Position numbers and translations under genes: made by a program
Shown: in pieces, positions 10,318 to 21,281 of the stretch
How the letters are laid out: every line of letters begins with the position of its first letter
How positions within the stretch are numbered: position 1 is the first letter of the stretch
The notes under the pieces: model-generated
Database searches by the model: none
Seen by the model: the letters and a program-made list of their open reading frames with translations, nothing else
What the model was told of the DNA's origin: nothing
IMG/VR virus record: IMGVR_UViG_3300025849_003344
Direction: 5' to 3' (one strand)
Source: a virus
Lineage: Duplodnaviria; Caudoviricetes
Length of the DNA: 64,000 nt

Positions 10318-10948
10318 TGTCTAATCCTTCATATGTTATAATAGCTGCAGAACTTGGCCTAATTTCGTTTTTAGCAAACCGTGAGCGTGACGCCGAATAT
10401 CCGGGTATTATATAAGCCAACTCAAAATCTTCGTGTGCTAAAAACCTATCCATACCCGGATACTTCCGCATATAATAATCACGTAAGCCAGTGTTAAAAT
10501 GTTTCCATACATTATGTATATCAGGGTTACTGGCATCCCATGTCATAACAGAACTGTTGATATGAACATCATAGTTAGATAATCGGCCATACAGCTTCTT
10601 AACTTTATGTAATTCATTGATAACAGTCAACTTTGACCAATCATGCCCACCATTCAAACGATTTATAATATCATCATTAATTAATGTATCGAGATCTAGG
10701 AATATCGTTTTTCCTTGCATAGGCATAGCTTCATCAAATAGCCTAAGCTTATTCCATACACCTTTAAGTGTAGGGGAACTAAAATTATTAATGATTGTAA
10801 TATTAGGATCTATATCTGTAGGATCGTCAGTATAGCAATAGAACTCAAAGGCATCTGTGCATTTAAGCTTTATATCATTATATAATTTGTTCACAAAATT
10901 AGAAGAATACTTTGTGCCAAATTTAACTGTTACTATGTTGTATTTCAT
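10277..10948 (-). CDS. GT-A fold glycosyltransferase-like protein
   Basis: YNIVTVKFGTKYSSNFVNKLY..., WNKLRLF, IFLDLDTLI (DxD), INSSVMTW; start placed at MKYNIV. Confidence 0.75.
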   Translation of the reverse strand: MKYNIVTVKFGTKYSSNFVNKLYNDIKLKCTDAFEFYCYTDDPTDIDPNITIINNFSSPTLKGVWNKLRLFDEAMPMQGKTIFLDLDTLINDDIINRLNGGHDWSKLTVINELHKVKKLYGRLSNYDVHINSSVMTWDASNPDIHNVWKHFNTGLRDYYMRKYPGMDRFLAHEDFELAYIIPGYSASRSRFAKNEIRPSSAAIITYEGLDIEFEDLISDAQAL

Positions 10949-12086
10949 TATACGCTGCAAATAATTGTGGTATCGATTTTGCCTTTCGTACCTTCATTTT
11001 CATTTCACGGCTCGGACTATTTTTTACTTCGGGCAAATCGAAAATAGCTAGCTTAGTTTTAAAAACAGTATCTTCATCTTCGAAATTATTTATAATAAAA
11101 TCTGCAACGTTTTTTGGTGTAACCGGATTGACTGTAGGTACTGACATATTAAATTTCTTATACATTTCAGCTTTTACTTGAGTAATCTGGCTATCGCGAT
11201 ATTGATCTGCCTCATCATATCTAGCAACAACCTGCTGATCAATTTCACTTTGAAGAACTTTTAATTGTTCTATTTTATACTGATCTGCTTCTTCATATCT
11301 AACTTTAACCTGTTCATCTATCTCAGCCTGAAGAATCTTTATTTGCTCTTCCTTATATTCATCGACTTCACCAAAACGAGATTCTACTTGTAACGAGATT
11401 TCATCTTCAAGTATTTTAAGCTGTTGCTCTTTATACAAAGCAACTTCATCGTAGCGAGATTCTATCTGTGCATCAACTTCAGCCTGAAGAATCCTAGTCT
11501 GCTCTGCCTTGTACTCATCGACTTTAATATATCCTTCAGCTACACGGCGTTCTACTTGTTCATCAAGTTCAGTTTGAAGATTTTTAGTCTGCTCTAGTTT
11601 GTACTCATCGACTTCAGCAAAACGAGATTCAACCTGTGCATCGACTTCAGTTTGGAGAATTCTAGTCTGTTTTATTTTGTACTCATCAACTTCGGCAAAC
11701 CGTTTTTCTATCTCATCAGACATTTCGCTCTGAAGTAAAGCCATTTGCTGTGATTTATATTCATCAGCTTCTTCAAACCGACGAGTTACTTGTTCGTCAA
11801 TTTCTTTCTGAATATCAACGAGCCACACAGCAAGCATATCTTTTGCAGCTTGTTCGATGGCTTTATGTTTAGCTTGGGATTGAGATTCAAAATATAATCT
11901 TGTGTAGTCTTGAACATCTTCAAGAGTGATCTCATCCATAAGATCTAAGAAGTCTTGATTAGTATAATCTATAGGTACAAAAAATACCATAAGATTATCG
12001 GTTCCCTCTTCATAAAGAACTTCAATAGTTTTCTCAGATGTATCTACAAATTTAGTAGATTTGATTTTACCTGAAAACTTTGCCAT
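10923..12086 (-). CDS. Acidic coiled-coil protein with eight 26-aa tandem repeats
   Basis: Repeats E(I/V)DxQVExR(F/Y)xEVDEYKxEQxKILQx. Confidence 0.7.
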   Translation of the reverse strand: MAKFSGKIKSTKFVDTSEKTIEVLYEEGTDNLMVFFVPIDYTNQDFLDLMDEITLEDVQDYTRLYFESQSQAKHKAIEQAAKDMLAVWLVDIQKEIDEQVTRRFEEADEYKSQQMALLQSEMSDEIEKRFAEVDEYKIKQTRILQTEVDAQVESRFAEVDEYKLEQTKNLQTELDEQVERRVAEGYIKVDEYKAEQTRILQAEVDAQIESRYDEVALYKEQQLKILEDEISLQVESRFGEVDEYKEEQIKILQAEIDEQVKVRYEEADQYKIEQLKVLQSEIDQQVVARYDEADQYRDSQITQVKAEMYKKFNMSVPTVNPVTPKNVADFIINNFEDEDTVFKTKLAIFDLPEVKNSPSREMKMKVRKAKSIPQLFAAYNEIQHSNS

Positions 12087-12104
12087 AATAAACCTCTCAT
12101 TATA

Positions 12105-13091
12105 TTAGCTGGCTCCAATACGCAGAAAGTGCGTACTTTGCACAGTCGGAGAACCCGTTGGCACGTTTTGTGCATAGTAAGTTGTAGCATCTGGTTGTTC
12201 AAACTTTGTCACATAAAGTGCAACATATGAGTTAGTTATACCTGATCCACGGGCTACGCCATAAGTTGTATATGTCGATGGGTATATCTGATATCGAATG
12301 CGTGAACCGGTATGATTAATCGCGGCCCATTGTACCCAATCCTGTAACATTTCACCAAGCGCTGTAGCCGGCGTATCTTGCACGTCATTGGTATTAATCT
12401 TAAGACATGCTGGCGTAACATAATCCACAGAAGGCGCGGGATCAACTCTATGTAAATAGAAACTAGTGGCAATAAATGACTGATCCTGTACCTCGGGTAA
12501 AGATCCAAGATTAAACGCATTTACATCAGCTACACTGTCTTGAAATACTGGAGCAGCATTTACAAGTGTCGCTCCGGCTTCAGATGTTGAGGTTGATATA
12601 AAATACGTGCCAGCCTGCCTTTCAGTTGTTCCTGATTCAATAAGTTTTGTTATAGCTGGTTCAATAAATGTATCTAAAAAGTCAGTAGCGTTCATAGCCT
12701 GAATATTTCCAGATGCAGTCATATAAACTGGAAATGAATAATTTGCGTATATTGTAGGAGCACGTTTAGGATTAGTACCACCAAAATTATTATTTAGATA
12801 ATCAGTATAATCACCGGCGCTTTGATCTCTAACATTATCGTAGTTAACAGATTGGTAAGTTGCGGCATCAGCGGTTGGTTCTGGGCCAGACGACGTCGCT
12901 AATGGACCCGCTATCATATAATAATCAACTAAAGTAGTTAAAGTGCCATTACCCTGATCTATATTTAATACGACGGACGGACTATTACCATACTGCCTAA
13001 TAGTTTCATCAACTATTAAAGCAATTTCAGCAGCATTCATAGACTTCAGGTCACCGTTAGGTAACCTTTTGAGCGGTTTGCGCAAGGCCAT
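12105..13091 (-). CDS. Putative virion structural protein (328 aa)
   Basis: Long ORF in the late structural operon; T/S/A-rich. Confidence 0.55.
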   Translation of the reverse strand: MALRKPLKRLPNGDLKSMNAAEIALIVDETIRQYGNSPSVVLNIDQGNGTLTTLVDYYMIAGPLATSSGPEPTADAATYQSVNYDNVRDQSAGDYTDYLNNNFGGTNPKRAPTIYANYSFPVYMTASGNIQAMNATDFLDTFIEPAITKLIESGTTERQAGTYFISTSTSEAGATLVNAAPVFQDSVADVNAFNLGSLPEVQDQSFIATSFYLHRVDPAPSVDYVTPACLKINTNDVQDTPATALGEMLQDWVQWAAINHTGSRIRYQIYPSTYTTYGVARGSGITNSYVALYVTKFEQPDATTYYAQNVPTGSPTVQSTHFLRIGAS

Positions 13092-13093
13092 TA

Positions 13094-13456
13094 TTAAGCA
13101 CCTGCGCCAATAATCGTTTTAACTGTCGTTCCGTTTGAGTCAATTATATTTAAAGTTGTGGCTGATGTTAACTTGGCTCCACCCACAGTACCATTAATAA
13201 GTGTATTACCATTAATGGTAGCAATGCTTGTATCAATCATTTGTTGAACAGCCGCAGAATCTGTACCGTCTTGTCGATTATCAAATGCAGTTTGTAAAGT
13301 ATTGTGGTTAGCTTCTAATTCATTAATGGCGACAACAACATTTCCGTTTGCTGTAGTAGTAAGAGTTGCGATGTCACCTAGATGTGTACTAATTGTATTA
13401 GTCTTGGTCCGCCAAATACTAACTAAGTCGTTTAGGTCAATTGTAGTTACTGCCAT
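13094..13456 (-). CDS. Short fibre/whisker-like structural protein (120 aa)
   Basis: IDLNDLVSIWRTKTN N-terminal motif plus a short coiled coil. Confidence 0.5.
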   Translation of the reverse strand: MAVTTIDLNDLVSIWRTKTNTISTHLGDIATLTTTANGNVVVAINELEANHNTLQTAFDNRQDGTDSAAVQQMIDTSIATINGNTLINGTVGGAKLTSATTLNIIDSNGTTVKTIIGAGA

Positions 13457-13687
13457 TTACTTGTCCACCAGTTGTTTTAGCAAAGTCTTGATATCTGCCA
13501 TGTCTTTTTTCATGTGACTTACGTCATCTTTAAGATTATTAATCTCTTGTTCTTCTTCAAGCCTTTTGCGCTTTGCCGCACGTGCTCTTTCTATATCAGC
13601 TCTACTTGTATTTATGACAGCACCAGTATTTCGGTCCTTGACCATATTAGCGGAGCCTTCTATTTTTATATATCTATTATTCATCAC
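13457..13687 (-). CDS. Small coiled-coil protein (76 aa)
   Basis: MVKDRNTGAVINT plus a C-terminal heptad repeat; coupled to the VrlC-like gene. Confidence 0.6.
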   Translation of the reverse strand: MMNNRYIKIEGSANMVKDRNTGAVINTSRADIERARAAKRKRLEEEQEINNLKDDVSHMKKDMADIKTLLKQLVDK

Positions 13688-16600
13688 ACTGCCAAGGCGA
13701 TAATTCGTAGATCTTTGAATGTCGGAACCTTAGCATTATTAGAAGAAGTCATAACAATTTTTACTTGGAACTTAGTGAATGGTGCTGATAGTCCGGCATT
13801 ACCACCAACCAAATATTCATAGTCACGGTAGATCAAAGGATTTTCATCTGTAGGTAGATTATTGATCTTAGTTGTTTCTGTCCACGGCGTCTCAGTAAAC
13901 AATGCATCATCTGAAATTGCTTTGTAATAGACTCGAAAATCTGAAACAGAAGGTCTGTTAGCTGCTAACAAGATTTTAAGTCCAACAGCATCTTCGGCCA
14001 AAGTGATAGGTCGAGTAATATGCTTAGCAACCGAACTACCACCTGTCGCAGTAGTTTCTGGAGTGAACACATTAGGCACGTTTGTTAATGTTGTATCAGC
14101 ACCGGCAGAGTCAACCTGGTTATCAATAATGTTATGAATAGCCCAAAGCGATGTTCTTTGCATATCAATAACCGGAGAAACAAAAGTTGTTGCTGTATTC
14201 ATATCAATTTTAACTTCAACAGACTTAGTACCAGTCGCAAGATTTGATATCTCATTTGTTTCAGTAGCAACAAGCCTAGGAGAGTTAAAGAAGTTATTTT
14301 GTCTTAGTGCAAGTGCCGAGTAATTTAGATCCTTCGAGTACGGAGTTTCTTCACCGGCAGTAGATTTGCCTGTCATGAATTTACCGGTCACATTTATACT
14401 TGTAGAGGCTGGAATAATATTTTCAATTTGTGGGATAAGAGTTTCAAACGGTATTTGAGATTTAGCAGTAATAGCTGTACCGCCAACTGCTGCATCGTTA
14501 TTACCATTCGAGTCCATAGCAAACGTATAAGTGTTTTCGTCGTATGCAGTAATAGTTCTTGGACCCATGATACCAGTACCAAGAATACCACCATACTTAA
14601 GAGCGGAATCAAATCCAAACAGCTCTGCAACATCACCTACCTGGAAACCATGTCCTGGGTGTGTAATAGTTGCTTTATTATTAGTTGAGTTAACTTGTAC
14701 AGGAAATTCCGGTAATGCATTTCTTACAGTACCAGTATTTTCAAGTACAGCATAACCACCTGCAGTACTAAATGTTGCCTTATGAATTTTAAACATAAGA
14801 TCCATAGTTTGATCTGGTTCCCATGTTGATGCATTCTGAGATTTAAAGAACGAACCAAGATATGGTTGAGATGTAATACGCTTCTCAGTAGAGTTAAGTA
14901 TAAACTCACCTGTTTTTGCGATGTACATATTGTAGTTAATAGATTCTGCAAGGAACACTACAGCATATTCAGTATAAGGATTTAAGAATATTGGTTCTTC
15001 AAATGTAAAGGTTGTTGCAGAAGTAGCATCGTCAGAAATATTAACATTAGACGGTGACACAAACACAACCGATCCAGGTATAACTGTATCAGATGATGGG
15101 CTACCGTTAACCATTGGACGCAATTGCATTTGAACTGGAATGCTAGTATCTTTTGTTTTAAAGTATGCATCAATCTTTGTTACAAATACACCATCTGTTT
15201 CTGTTACTAAGAATGATTCGGCTACTGGATCTGACCAGCGAACTCGCACAGGTGGGGCTGACCAACTACTTGTAACAACTCTATTAGATGTTACAGTTGA
15301 TCTTTCAGAAGATACACCAAGAATTCGAGTTGAAAGAACATCTCTTTGGAACGTTTCGATAACACCTTGAGCAACAAATAATGCAATACCTACAGAAGAC
15401 GCATCTTCTTCGTTAGGCGCTGTAATATCAAGAAGTTTAAGCTCTCTTGAACCAGCCCTGAACTTAATAGCATCTGTGTTAGGAATAAAGAATGTGCCAG
15501 TCATTTTACCTTCACCATCAGTGAATAGGCTCGATGCACCATCTGGGTGAGCAACCGCTGTATTGTATCTTGTACCATAGTCTATGTTGGTATCAGACAC
15601 GCGTGTGAATACTCCGCCTTCGTCTCTTACCCAATCGGAAACATCAATATCGTCAAAGAAAGCAAACATGCGACTGTTAGGCTTAAGACCTTCGGCTTTA
15701 AACGCAACCTTTTGTGAACGCATGAATGGAATTAATGCAACGTCAACTACACGATCACCAACGATTTCTCTAATAGTCTCGTTAAGCACAACTCTATTAA
15801 CTGTAGTGACTGTGTTTGTTTGTGTGCCTGACTGACCGCCTGTTCCCCAGTTTTGAGAAAAACTTACTCGGGATGAATTAGTACTTGTGTTTACAACGCG
15901 ACCAACGCTCAGGTTGTTAATATCGGTTCCGCCCCAGTTCCATTCCCAATTATTCCACAGATTTGCTTGTCTTGTATTTAACCTTTGACCACCGTCAATA
16001 ATTCTATCTGCAGCACGTATAGTTTCTTTCCAATTATCTGAAGCTGGAGAAAGTGTTACCGCACCAAGGTTTGTAATAGCAGAGAACGGGTTAATGTTAA
16101 TTGTACCAGATGCTTGATCCTGTACAATGTATTCGCCTTCTCCGTATTTCAGGTAAATGTTATCACCCTTCTTAATAACACCAGATGATTTATCTGAGTC
16201 ATACTTAAGAAGAATATTGTTTTCAATAAATGACGGACGTAAAATTTTATCACGTGGATCTATTGATGCACGGTATTCAACGTTGTATGTGTCTGTTGCT
16301 AATTGATCTGAGAAGTTATCTACTAGGAAACCGGCTTTTGTTCTGTCAACACCAGAGCCATCAAAAACAAGAAGATTTTTAAGGTCAAGTTCTAGTAATG
16401 ATAGTGTAGCAATCTCTTCTACTTGGTTAATTCTTGATTCAAGCTTACCAATGTCTTTCATTGTATAACGCTTATTCTCAATTGGTGTAGTAACCATATC
16501 GGTTGTAGATATTGTATAAGGATTTAGATCAGATCGCCAAATCTCAAGAGAGTTATTTGGAGTTTCTGGGTATTTCGGAGTAAGAGACGATTGACCTTCA

Positions 16601-18828
16601 ATAACAGTAATGTCGCCTTCTTGTGTAGCAACAATCTTGTCTTGACGTGGTAGATAATATTGAGTGTCAAATTGAATCAAATCAGTGTTATCTGGTAGTT
16701 CGTTAATACGAGCAGTAGCAGATGTAAAGTCAGAATCTTTGTCAGTTTTACGTGGTCTAAAGTCAAGTACATTACGTAACTGAACAACAGAGCCATCATT
16801 TAATGTATGAGAAGGAATATTTTCATAGTTAACTTGGCCCTGATAAGAGTTAACCGCAAAAAAGTCTCCAGACGCGCCGTGTGTAAAATATTTAAATCGT
16901 ACAAACACATTGCCTGTTGGAGATGTTACGCCGCCCTTAAGAATTAATTTTGCTGGTGCATACCAGTTATCACGTTGACCGTTGTCAATAATAAAACGAT
17001 TAGCTAAGCTTGAACCATTTGAGTCTGAGTCAGTTAATCTAACAACTTCATATAGATCAGGCTTATCAAGAGAAACAAATTTGTTACCAGTTCCGTCAGA
17101 TTCAATCGCAGCACTAAGTGTAGTTTCAACAAGCGTCTTGGCCCGAACAGCACCAGCAGACTTATTAACCTTGGCCATAACTTCGATGTTAGAACTTGTA
17201 GGTCCGCCACTAATCGCAGCAGATTGTGTCCCTGCTCCTGATATTGATGTACTAATAATAGCACCATCAGAATCAACCGATACAATCCAATCGTTAGTAT
17301 TAGAAAATGTTTCGCCAGCCGCAGTCAAAGTAAGCGATGCGTTTCCTGAAGGATCGAGTGTGGCGTTAAACTTACGTTGTACTTCAAGAGAAATATCTGA
17401 TATAATCTTAGGTCGAGCAGTAGGTAGAGCAAACAACAAACTGTTGTCAGATACTTCTTTAATAACTGCAACATTATTTTCAAGAAGAATATCTGCATAG
17501 TCAAGTATCGAACCACCGACTGATTTTACATTTCTAAATGATTGACCACTATTCATCTTGATATCAAATAGATACAATCTATAGTTAGCACCATCTTCTT
17601 CGACAGCACGGACACGACAAGTACCAATAGTAGAACCACCGTGGGTAACCGCTGATCTTAGGTTTCTTTGTTGAAACACGTTGATGTTAGGAACGCCAAC
17701 CATGTTGTCTGAGATAACATAATTACCGTATGTTGCCGCAACAACATCGTTATTAATTGAAATTGTTTCTCGGGCTTTATTTACATCAAATGATTTTGGT
17801 GTAGGAACATCTACCCTAAAGCCATTTACATATGCAATACCAGGTGATATAGTAAGCTTAAGTTTAGTGTCATCAGTCTCATGCTCGACATACTTAATCT
17901 TAAATTGTTTAGCAGTAAAGTCACCATTGGTTTCACTTGTTCTTTTTGCCAAGCGATCTTCAAGAATATTATAGCTATTATTTCCAGATACCGTTTCGAC
18001 AACAAGACCATTCACAACTCGACAGAAGAACAAGAAGTTCTCATCAGAGTCTACTAAATCTTTTGTAGTAAGTTGTAATCTAATACGATAACGATCTGCA
18101 CCTGGTGCGGAACGGTTAGCCGTTGCCCCTTGGTTATCAAATAATGCTTCAAAGTCGCCTGAACCAACAATGTCTTGTGATACAATAAATCCTACAACTG
18201 CACTTGGAGATGTTCCGTACTTAGAAAGAATAAGCTCTTGCTTTGTAGCAAACACGAAGTGGCCTTGTGTAAAGTAATCACCACCACGTACAGAGATTTT
18301 AGAACCTTGGCCGATAGCAGGGTTTGCAACGGTGTTAGTAGTCTGTGCCGTAACAGTAACACCTGAACTCGCCCCAACAAGATCTTCGGATGGATCAATT
18401 CGAATAGGAGTTGTGCCAGCAGTACCACCAAGAGTGTCAGTATAATTTACATATAGCGTTGCAGGATCTGATGCTGTAGCATTAACAACCTGAAGAACTT
18501 TAAACTTAACAGTAGAATTCTGTCCTGTAAATTCGTCGCCAAGCATAGTTGACGTGTCGGTAGGCAATGAATTAGAAGTCGTATCAAGTTTTATAAACTC
18601 ATAACGAGTATTAATGGTTAAGCCACCTGGATTAACGGATGCGCCTTCTTTAAAAACATTACGACCAAATCTTTCGATTTCTCGTTGAATAATTGTCTGC
18701 GACTGCGTTAATTCTCTTGCCTGTAGAGCACGACCAGAATTAAAAAGAATTCTATGATAGTGATCACTATCCTTAAAATCATCTTTGTATGTTGTCGCGA
18801 AAAGCGTATCTGTATATTTTATTGACAT
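13684..18828 (-). CDS. vrlC: VrlC-like (DUF4815) large virion structural protein (1714 aa)
   Basis: YKDDF...YHRILFNSGRALQARELTQSQTI N-terminus, YLPRQDKI, RYTMKDIGKLESRI, KAGFLVDNF. Confidence 0.85.
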   Translation of the reverse strand: MSIKYTDTLFATTYKDDFKDSDHYHRILFNSGRALQARELTQSQTIIQREIERFGRNVFKEGASVNPGGLTINTRYEFIKLDTTSNSLPTDTSTMLGDEFTGQNSTVKFKVLQVVNATASDPATLYVNYTDTLGGTAGTTPIRIDPSEDLVGASSGVTVTAQTTNTVANPAIGQGSKISVRGGDYFTQGHFVFATKQELILSKYGTSPSAVVGFIVSQDIVGSGDFEALFDNQGATANRSAPGADRYRIRLQLTTKDLVDSDENFLFFCRVVNGLVVETVSGNNSYNILEDRLAKRTSETNGDFTAKQFKIKYVEHETDDTKLKLTISPGIAYVNGFRVDVPTPKSFDVNKARETISINNDVVAATYGNYVISDNMVGVPNINVFQQRNLRSAVTHGGSTIGTCRVRAVEEDGANYRLYLFDIKMNSGQSFRNVKSVGGSILDYADILLENNVAVIKEVSDNSLLFALPTARPKIISDISLEVQRKFNATLDPSGNASLTLTAAGETFSNTNDWIVSVDSDGAIISTSISGAGTQSAAISGGPTSSNIEVMAKVNKSAGAVRAKTLVETTLSAAIESDGTGNKFVSLDKPDLYEVVRLTDSDSNGSSLANRFIIDNGQRDNWYAPAKLILKGGVTSPTGNVFVRFKYFTHGASGDFFAVNSYQGQVNYENIPSHTLNDGSVVQLRNVLDFRPRKTDKDSDFTSATARINELPDNTDLIQFDTQYYLPRQDKIVATQEGDITVIEGQSSLTPKYPETPNNSLEIWRSDLNPYTISTTDMVTTPIENKRYTMKDIGKLESRINQVEEIATLSLLELDLKNLLVFDGSGVDRTKAGFLVDNFSDQLATDTYNVEYRASIDPRDKILRPSFIENNILLKYDSDKSSGVIKKGDNIYLKYGEGEYIVQDQASGTININPFSAITNLGAVTLSPASDNWKETIRAADRIIDGGQRLNTRQANLWNNWEWNWGGTDINNLSVGRVVNTSTNSSRVSFSQNWGTGGQSGTQTNTVTTVNRVVLNETIREIVGDRVVDVALIPFMRSQKVAFKAEGLKPNSRMFAFFDDIDVSDWVRDEGGVFTRVSDTNIDYGTRYNTAVAHPDGASSLFTDGEGKMTGTFFIPNTDAIKFRAGSRELKLLDITAPNEEDASSVGIALFVAQGVIETFQRDVLSTRILGVSSERSTVTSNRVVTSSWSAPPVRVRWSDPVAESFLVTETDGVFVTKIDAYFKTKDTSIPVQMQLRPMVNGSPSSDTVIPGSVVFVSPSNVNISDDATSATTFTFEEPIFLNPYTEYAVVFLAESINYNMYIAKTGEFILNSTEKRITSQPYLGSFFKSQNASTWEPDQTMDLMFKIHKATFSTAGGYAVLENTGTVRNALPEFPVQVNSTNNKATITHPGHGFQVGDVAELFGFDSALKYGGILGTGIMGPRTITAYDENTYTFAMDSNGNNDAAVGGTAITAKSQIPFETLIPQIENIIPASTSINVTGKFMTGKSTAGEETPYSKDLNYSALALRQNNFFNSPRLVATETNEISNLATGTKSVEVKIDMNTATTFVSPVIDMQRTSLWAIHNIIDNQVDSAGADTTLTNVPNVFTPETTATGGSSVAKHITRPITLAEDAVGLKILLAANRPSVSDFRVYYKAISDDALFTETPWTETTKINNLPTDENPLIYRDYEYLVGGNAGLSAPFTKFQVKIVMTSSNNAKVPTFKDLRIIALAV

Positions 18829-18842
18829 TTAGTTTTCTACTC

Positions 18843-20219
18843 TCAGAGTTGAATAATAATTTTTACGTCTTCGGTCTGGTCATCGGACCGCTCAATAGCC
18901 GCTCTATTATCTATGTATAGAAGAGTGCCAGACATGTTATTAACCGTCGGTAGTGTCTCTGCATTAGCATCGCCATCGATGCCTACGGCATCTAAAATGC
19001 CTTCACCGTTACCATCTGTTTCTGTGATTGTCTCGCCCTCGATAAATGGGGTAAAGCCAGTTAATTCTGTCTGGTGGTACCAAACGTAGTTTGAATCTGA
19101 TTTGTCAACAACGGCTGATGCAGCAGAGGTTGAACCAAGAATTGCTTTATCTTCAGTAAAGTTTGCACTGATAGAACCGAAATGCAATCTATTTAGTACA
19201 TTTGCAGATGATTGTTCCCAGTCAGAATCTGTTGAAAGAGGTCCGACCTTAGGATCTCTAATAAGACCAATTTGCCTAAAATCATTACCAGTTATAATAG
19301 AGTTAGTCTCGTTACCAATCATCTGAGTATTGAACATAAGACCGGTTGATCTAAGATCATCACGTGGATCTCCACCCATACCAAGAGCAGGTGCCATTAC
19401 GACACGAGCAATCGCTCCGGTTCCACCGCCACCAGTTAGTTTAGCACTAGCTTGTGTATAGCCTCGACCAAAGGCTTTACCTGAACCTGAATCATCCATC
19501 TCAATTTTAACAACAGTACCACCACTTACTGTCGCAGTAGCTTTTGGTATTTTAGTTCCGTTGCCAGTAAAGGTTATTGTGGGAGCCGATGTGTAACCAT
19601 TTCCGCCTGAAATAAGTTTAACCGCAGTAATCTCTCCAGGTACAGCACCAGTTTGAATTGATTTTTGTTCAATCTCAAGTGCAGATGAGTTTGAATCTGT
19701 CGTGCCAATAAGCTCAACCGGCACAAAGTTTGATGAAGTAAACTTTGTAGCCCTGAGAGCACCAATAGTGTACAGATATTTCCATACATAACCGTCACCA
19801 GTCGTAAGAGGCAAGATGCTTGTTCCTGTTGGTTTAACTGTTGAAGTAACAATTGCGCCGTTAGCATCTCTACCTTGCTGTAGACATGTATAAATGGCAT
19901 TCTCATCGGTAAGTACATAGTACGCATTTGAAGGATAGCCTTGAACAGCATCGTCATAGCTAGAATAAATTGTACCTGAAGACCAGTTATGTCGAGGAAT
20001 AACAAATGAAACATCTTCGCCGGACTTCATAGCCTGCATAGAGTTTCTAAAATCTCGTACATCTTTCAGAGTATTCAATGGAATAGTTGGCGTATCCGAA
20101 CTATCCCAATCCTCTGAACGACCAATAGCGATATAGTATGATGCCGCCGAGTCTTTGACACTTGTATAGAGGTTATCTAGTACTTGTCTTTTAAATGCGT
20201 CTGTAATAATTGCAACCAT
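18843..20219 (-). CDS. gp8: Baseplate wedge subunit gp8
   Basis: YYIAIGRSEDW, VIPRHNWSSGTIY, GDGYVWKYLY, LYIDNRAAIERSDDQTEDVKIIIQL. Confidence 0.9.
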   Translation of the reverse strand: MVAIITDAFKRQVLDNLYTSVKDSAASYYIAIGRSEDWDSSDTPTIPLNTLKDVRDFRNSMQAMKSGEDVSFVIPRHNWSSGTIYSSYDDAVQGYPSNAYYVLTDENAIYTCLQQGRDANGAIVTSTVKPTGTSILPLTTGDGYVWKYLYTIGALRATKFTSSNFVPVELIGTTDSNSSALEIEQKSIQTGAVPGEITAVKLISGGNGYTSAPTITFTGNGTKIPKATATVSGGTVVKIEMDDSGSGKAFGRGYTQASAKLTGGGGTGAIARVVMAPALGMGGDPRDDLRSTGLMFNTQMIGNETNSIITGNDFRQIGLIRDPKVGPLSTDSDWEQSSANVLNRLHFGSISANFTEDKAILGSTSAASAVVDKSDSNYVWYHQTELTGFTPFIEGETITETDGNGEGILDAVGIDGDANAETLPTVNNMSGTLLYIDNRAAIERSDDQTEDVKIIIQL

Positions 20220-20231
20220 TGTCTGTTCCTA

Positions 20232-21239
20232 TTAAGCTACTGTCGCGCCATGTTGGGCAAGCAGATTCCAGTTAGCTCCGTCCCATATGAGGGTTGTTGT
20301 GTCATGTTGATCAAGTGCGATCGATGTACCTTGTGCAAAGTTCGTAGGAGTAATCGTAGTAATACCTGCGCCCTTGTTTGTAAATATTTTATACTCTCCA
20401 CCCACAGTACCGTTAGATAAAGTTATAGCAAGAGTAGTACCGCTGTTAGCTATTATATATGTAGCTAACAGACTAGCAGTACCAGAAGTTGTCTGAGTAT
20501 TTGTGCCATAAGCACCTTTCGCAACTACGACTGATCCATTACCCTTTGCATTTACTAGAAGGTTGATGTTAGTATCATCACCTGCAACACTAAGTCGCGC
20601 ACCTGATCCAGCTACAGAATTTTTAATTTTTATATGGTTAACCGCAGAAGCGGTTGCTTCGACTTCAAGAATTTCTGCACCATTAACATCATCAACTCTA
20701 TTAGTTAATTTTGGTGTAACAAGTGTTGCTGATGTCAAAGTTTTATTTGTGAGCGTTTGGTTAGTGGCCGCAAATATAAACGAATCACTATCAGTAAGTA
20801 CAGGCAATCGTATATTATAATCAGCCGCAAGCTCAGGTGTTATAAGATTATATTTGTGGTTATTTGAGTAATCATTAATTTGTAATGTTGGGTTTCCAAA
20901 ACCAATGTTATTCAATACTGCGTTGGTCAAAGTTTTGTTAGTTACAGTCTGCAAAGCAGTTGATAACACAATTTCGCCAGAAGCATCAGGTAATGTAATA
21001 GCACGATCACCAGTAGGATTTACTGCTGTTAGATTAGTTTCAAAATCATCAACTGCTGAACCTTCAAACTGTAGTCCTTCCGAGGTTACAGCAATTCTAC
21101 CAGAAAGAACATCACTATCTCCGCCAAGCTTATTATATAGCTCAACGAAGTTTGCATTAATCTTTGTGCCTGTCTGTCTTAGTGTATCACCACTACCATC
21201 GTTGGCCGTAGTACCGACACCAATATTCTGACGAGTCAT
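20232..21239 (-). CDS. gp9: Baseplate wedge tail-fibre connector, gp9/gp10 family
   Basis: RQNIGVGTTANDGSGDTLRQTGTKINANFVELY N-terminal gp9/10 motif. Confidence 0.8.
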   Translation of the reverse strand: MTRQNIGVGTTANDGSGDTLRQTGTKINANFVELYNKLGGDSDVLSGRIAVTSEGLQFEGSAVDDFETNLTAVNPTGDRAITLPDASGEIVLSTALQTVTNKTLTNAVLNNIGFGNPTLQINDYSNNHKYNLITPELAADYNIRLPVLTDSDSFIFAATNQTLTNKTLTSATLVTPKLTNRVDDVNGAEILEVEATASAVNHIKIKNSVAGSGARLSVAGDDTNINLLVNAKGNGSVVVAKGAYGTNTQTTSGTASLLATYIIANSGTTLAITLSNGTVGGEYKIFTNKGAGITTITPTNFAQGTSIALDQHDTTTLIWDGANWNLLAQHGATVA

Positions 21240-21266
21240 TCAAATGTCCTCTTTTCTTATTAACTG

Positions 21267-21274
21267 TATTTATA
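21267..21274 (-). promoter_or_regulatory. T4-type late promoter TATAAATA
   Basis: Exact motif in the gap upstream of 21239. Confidence 0.75.
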
Positions 21275-21281
21275 TACTTTT

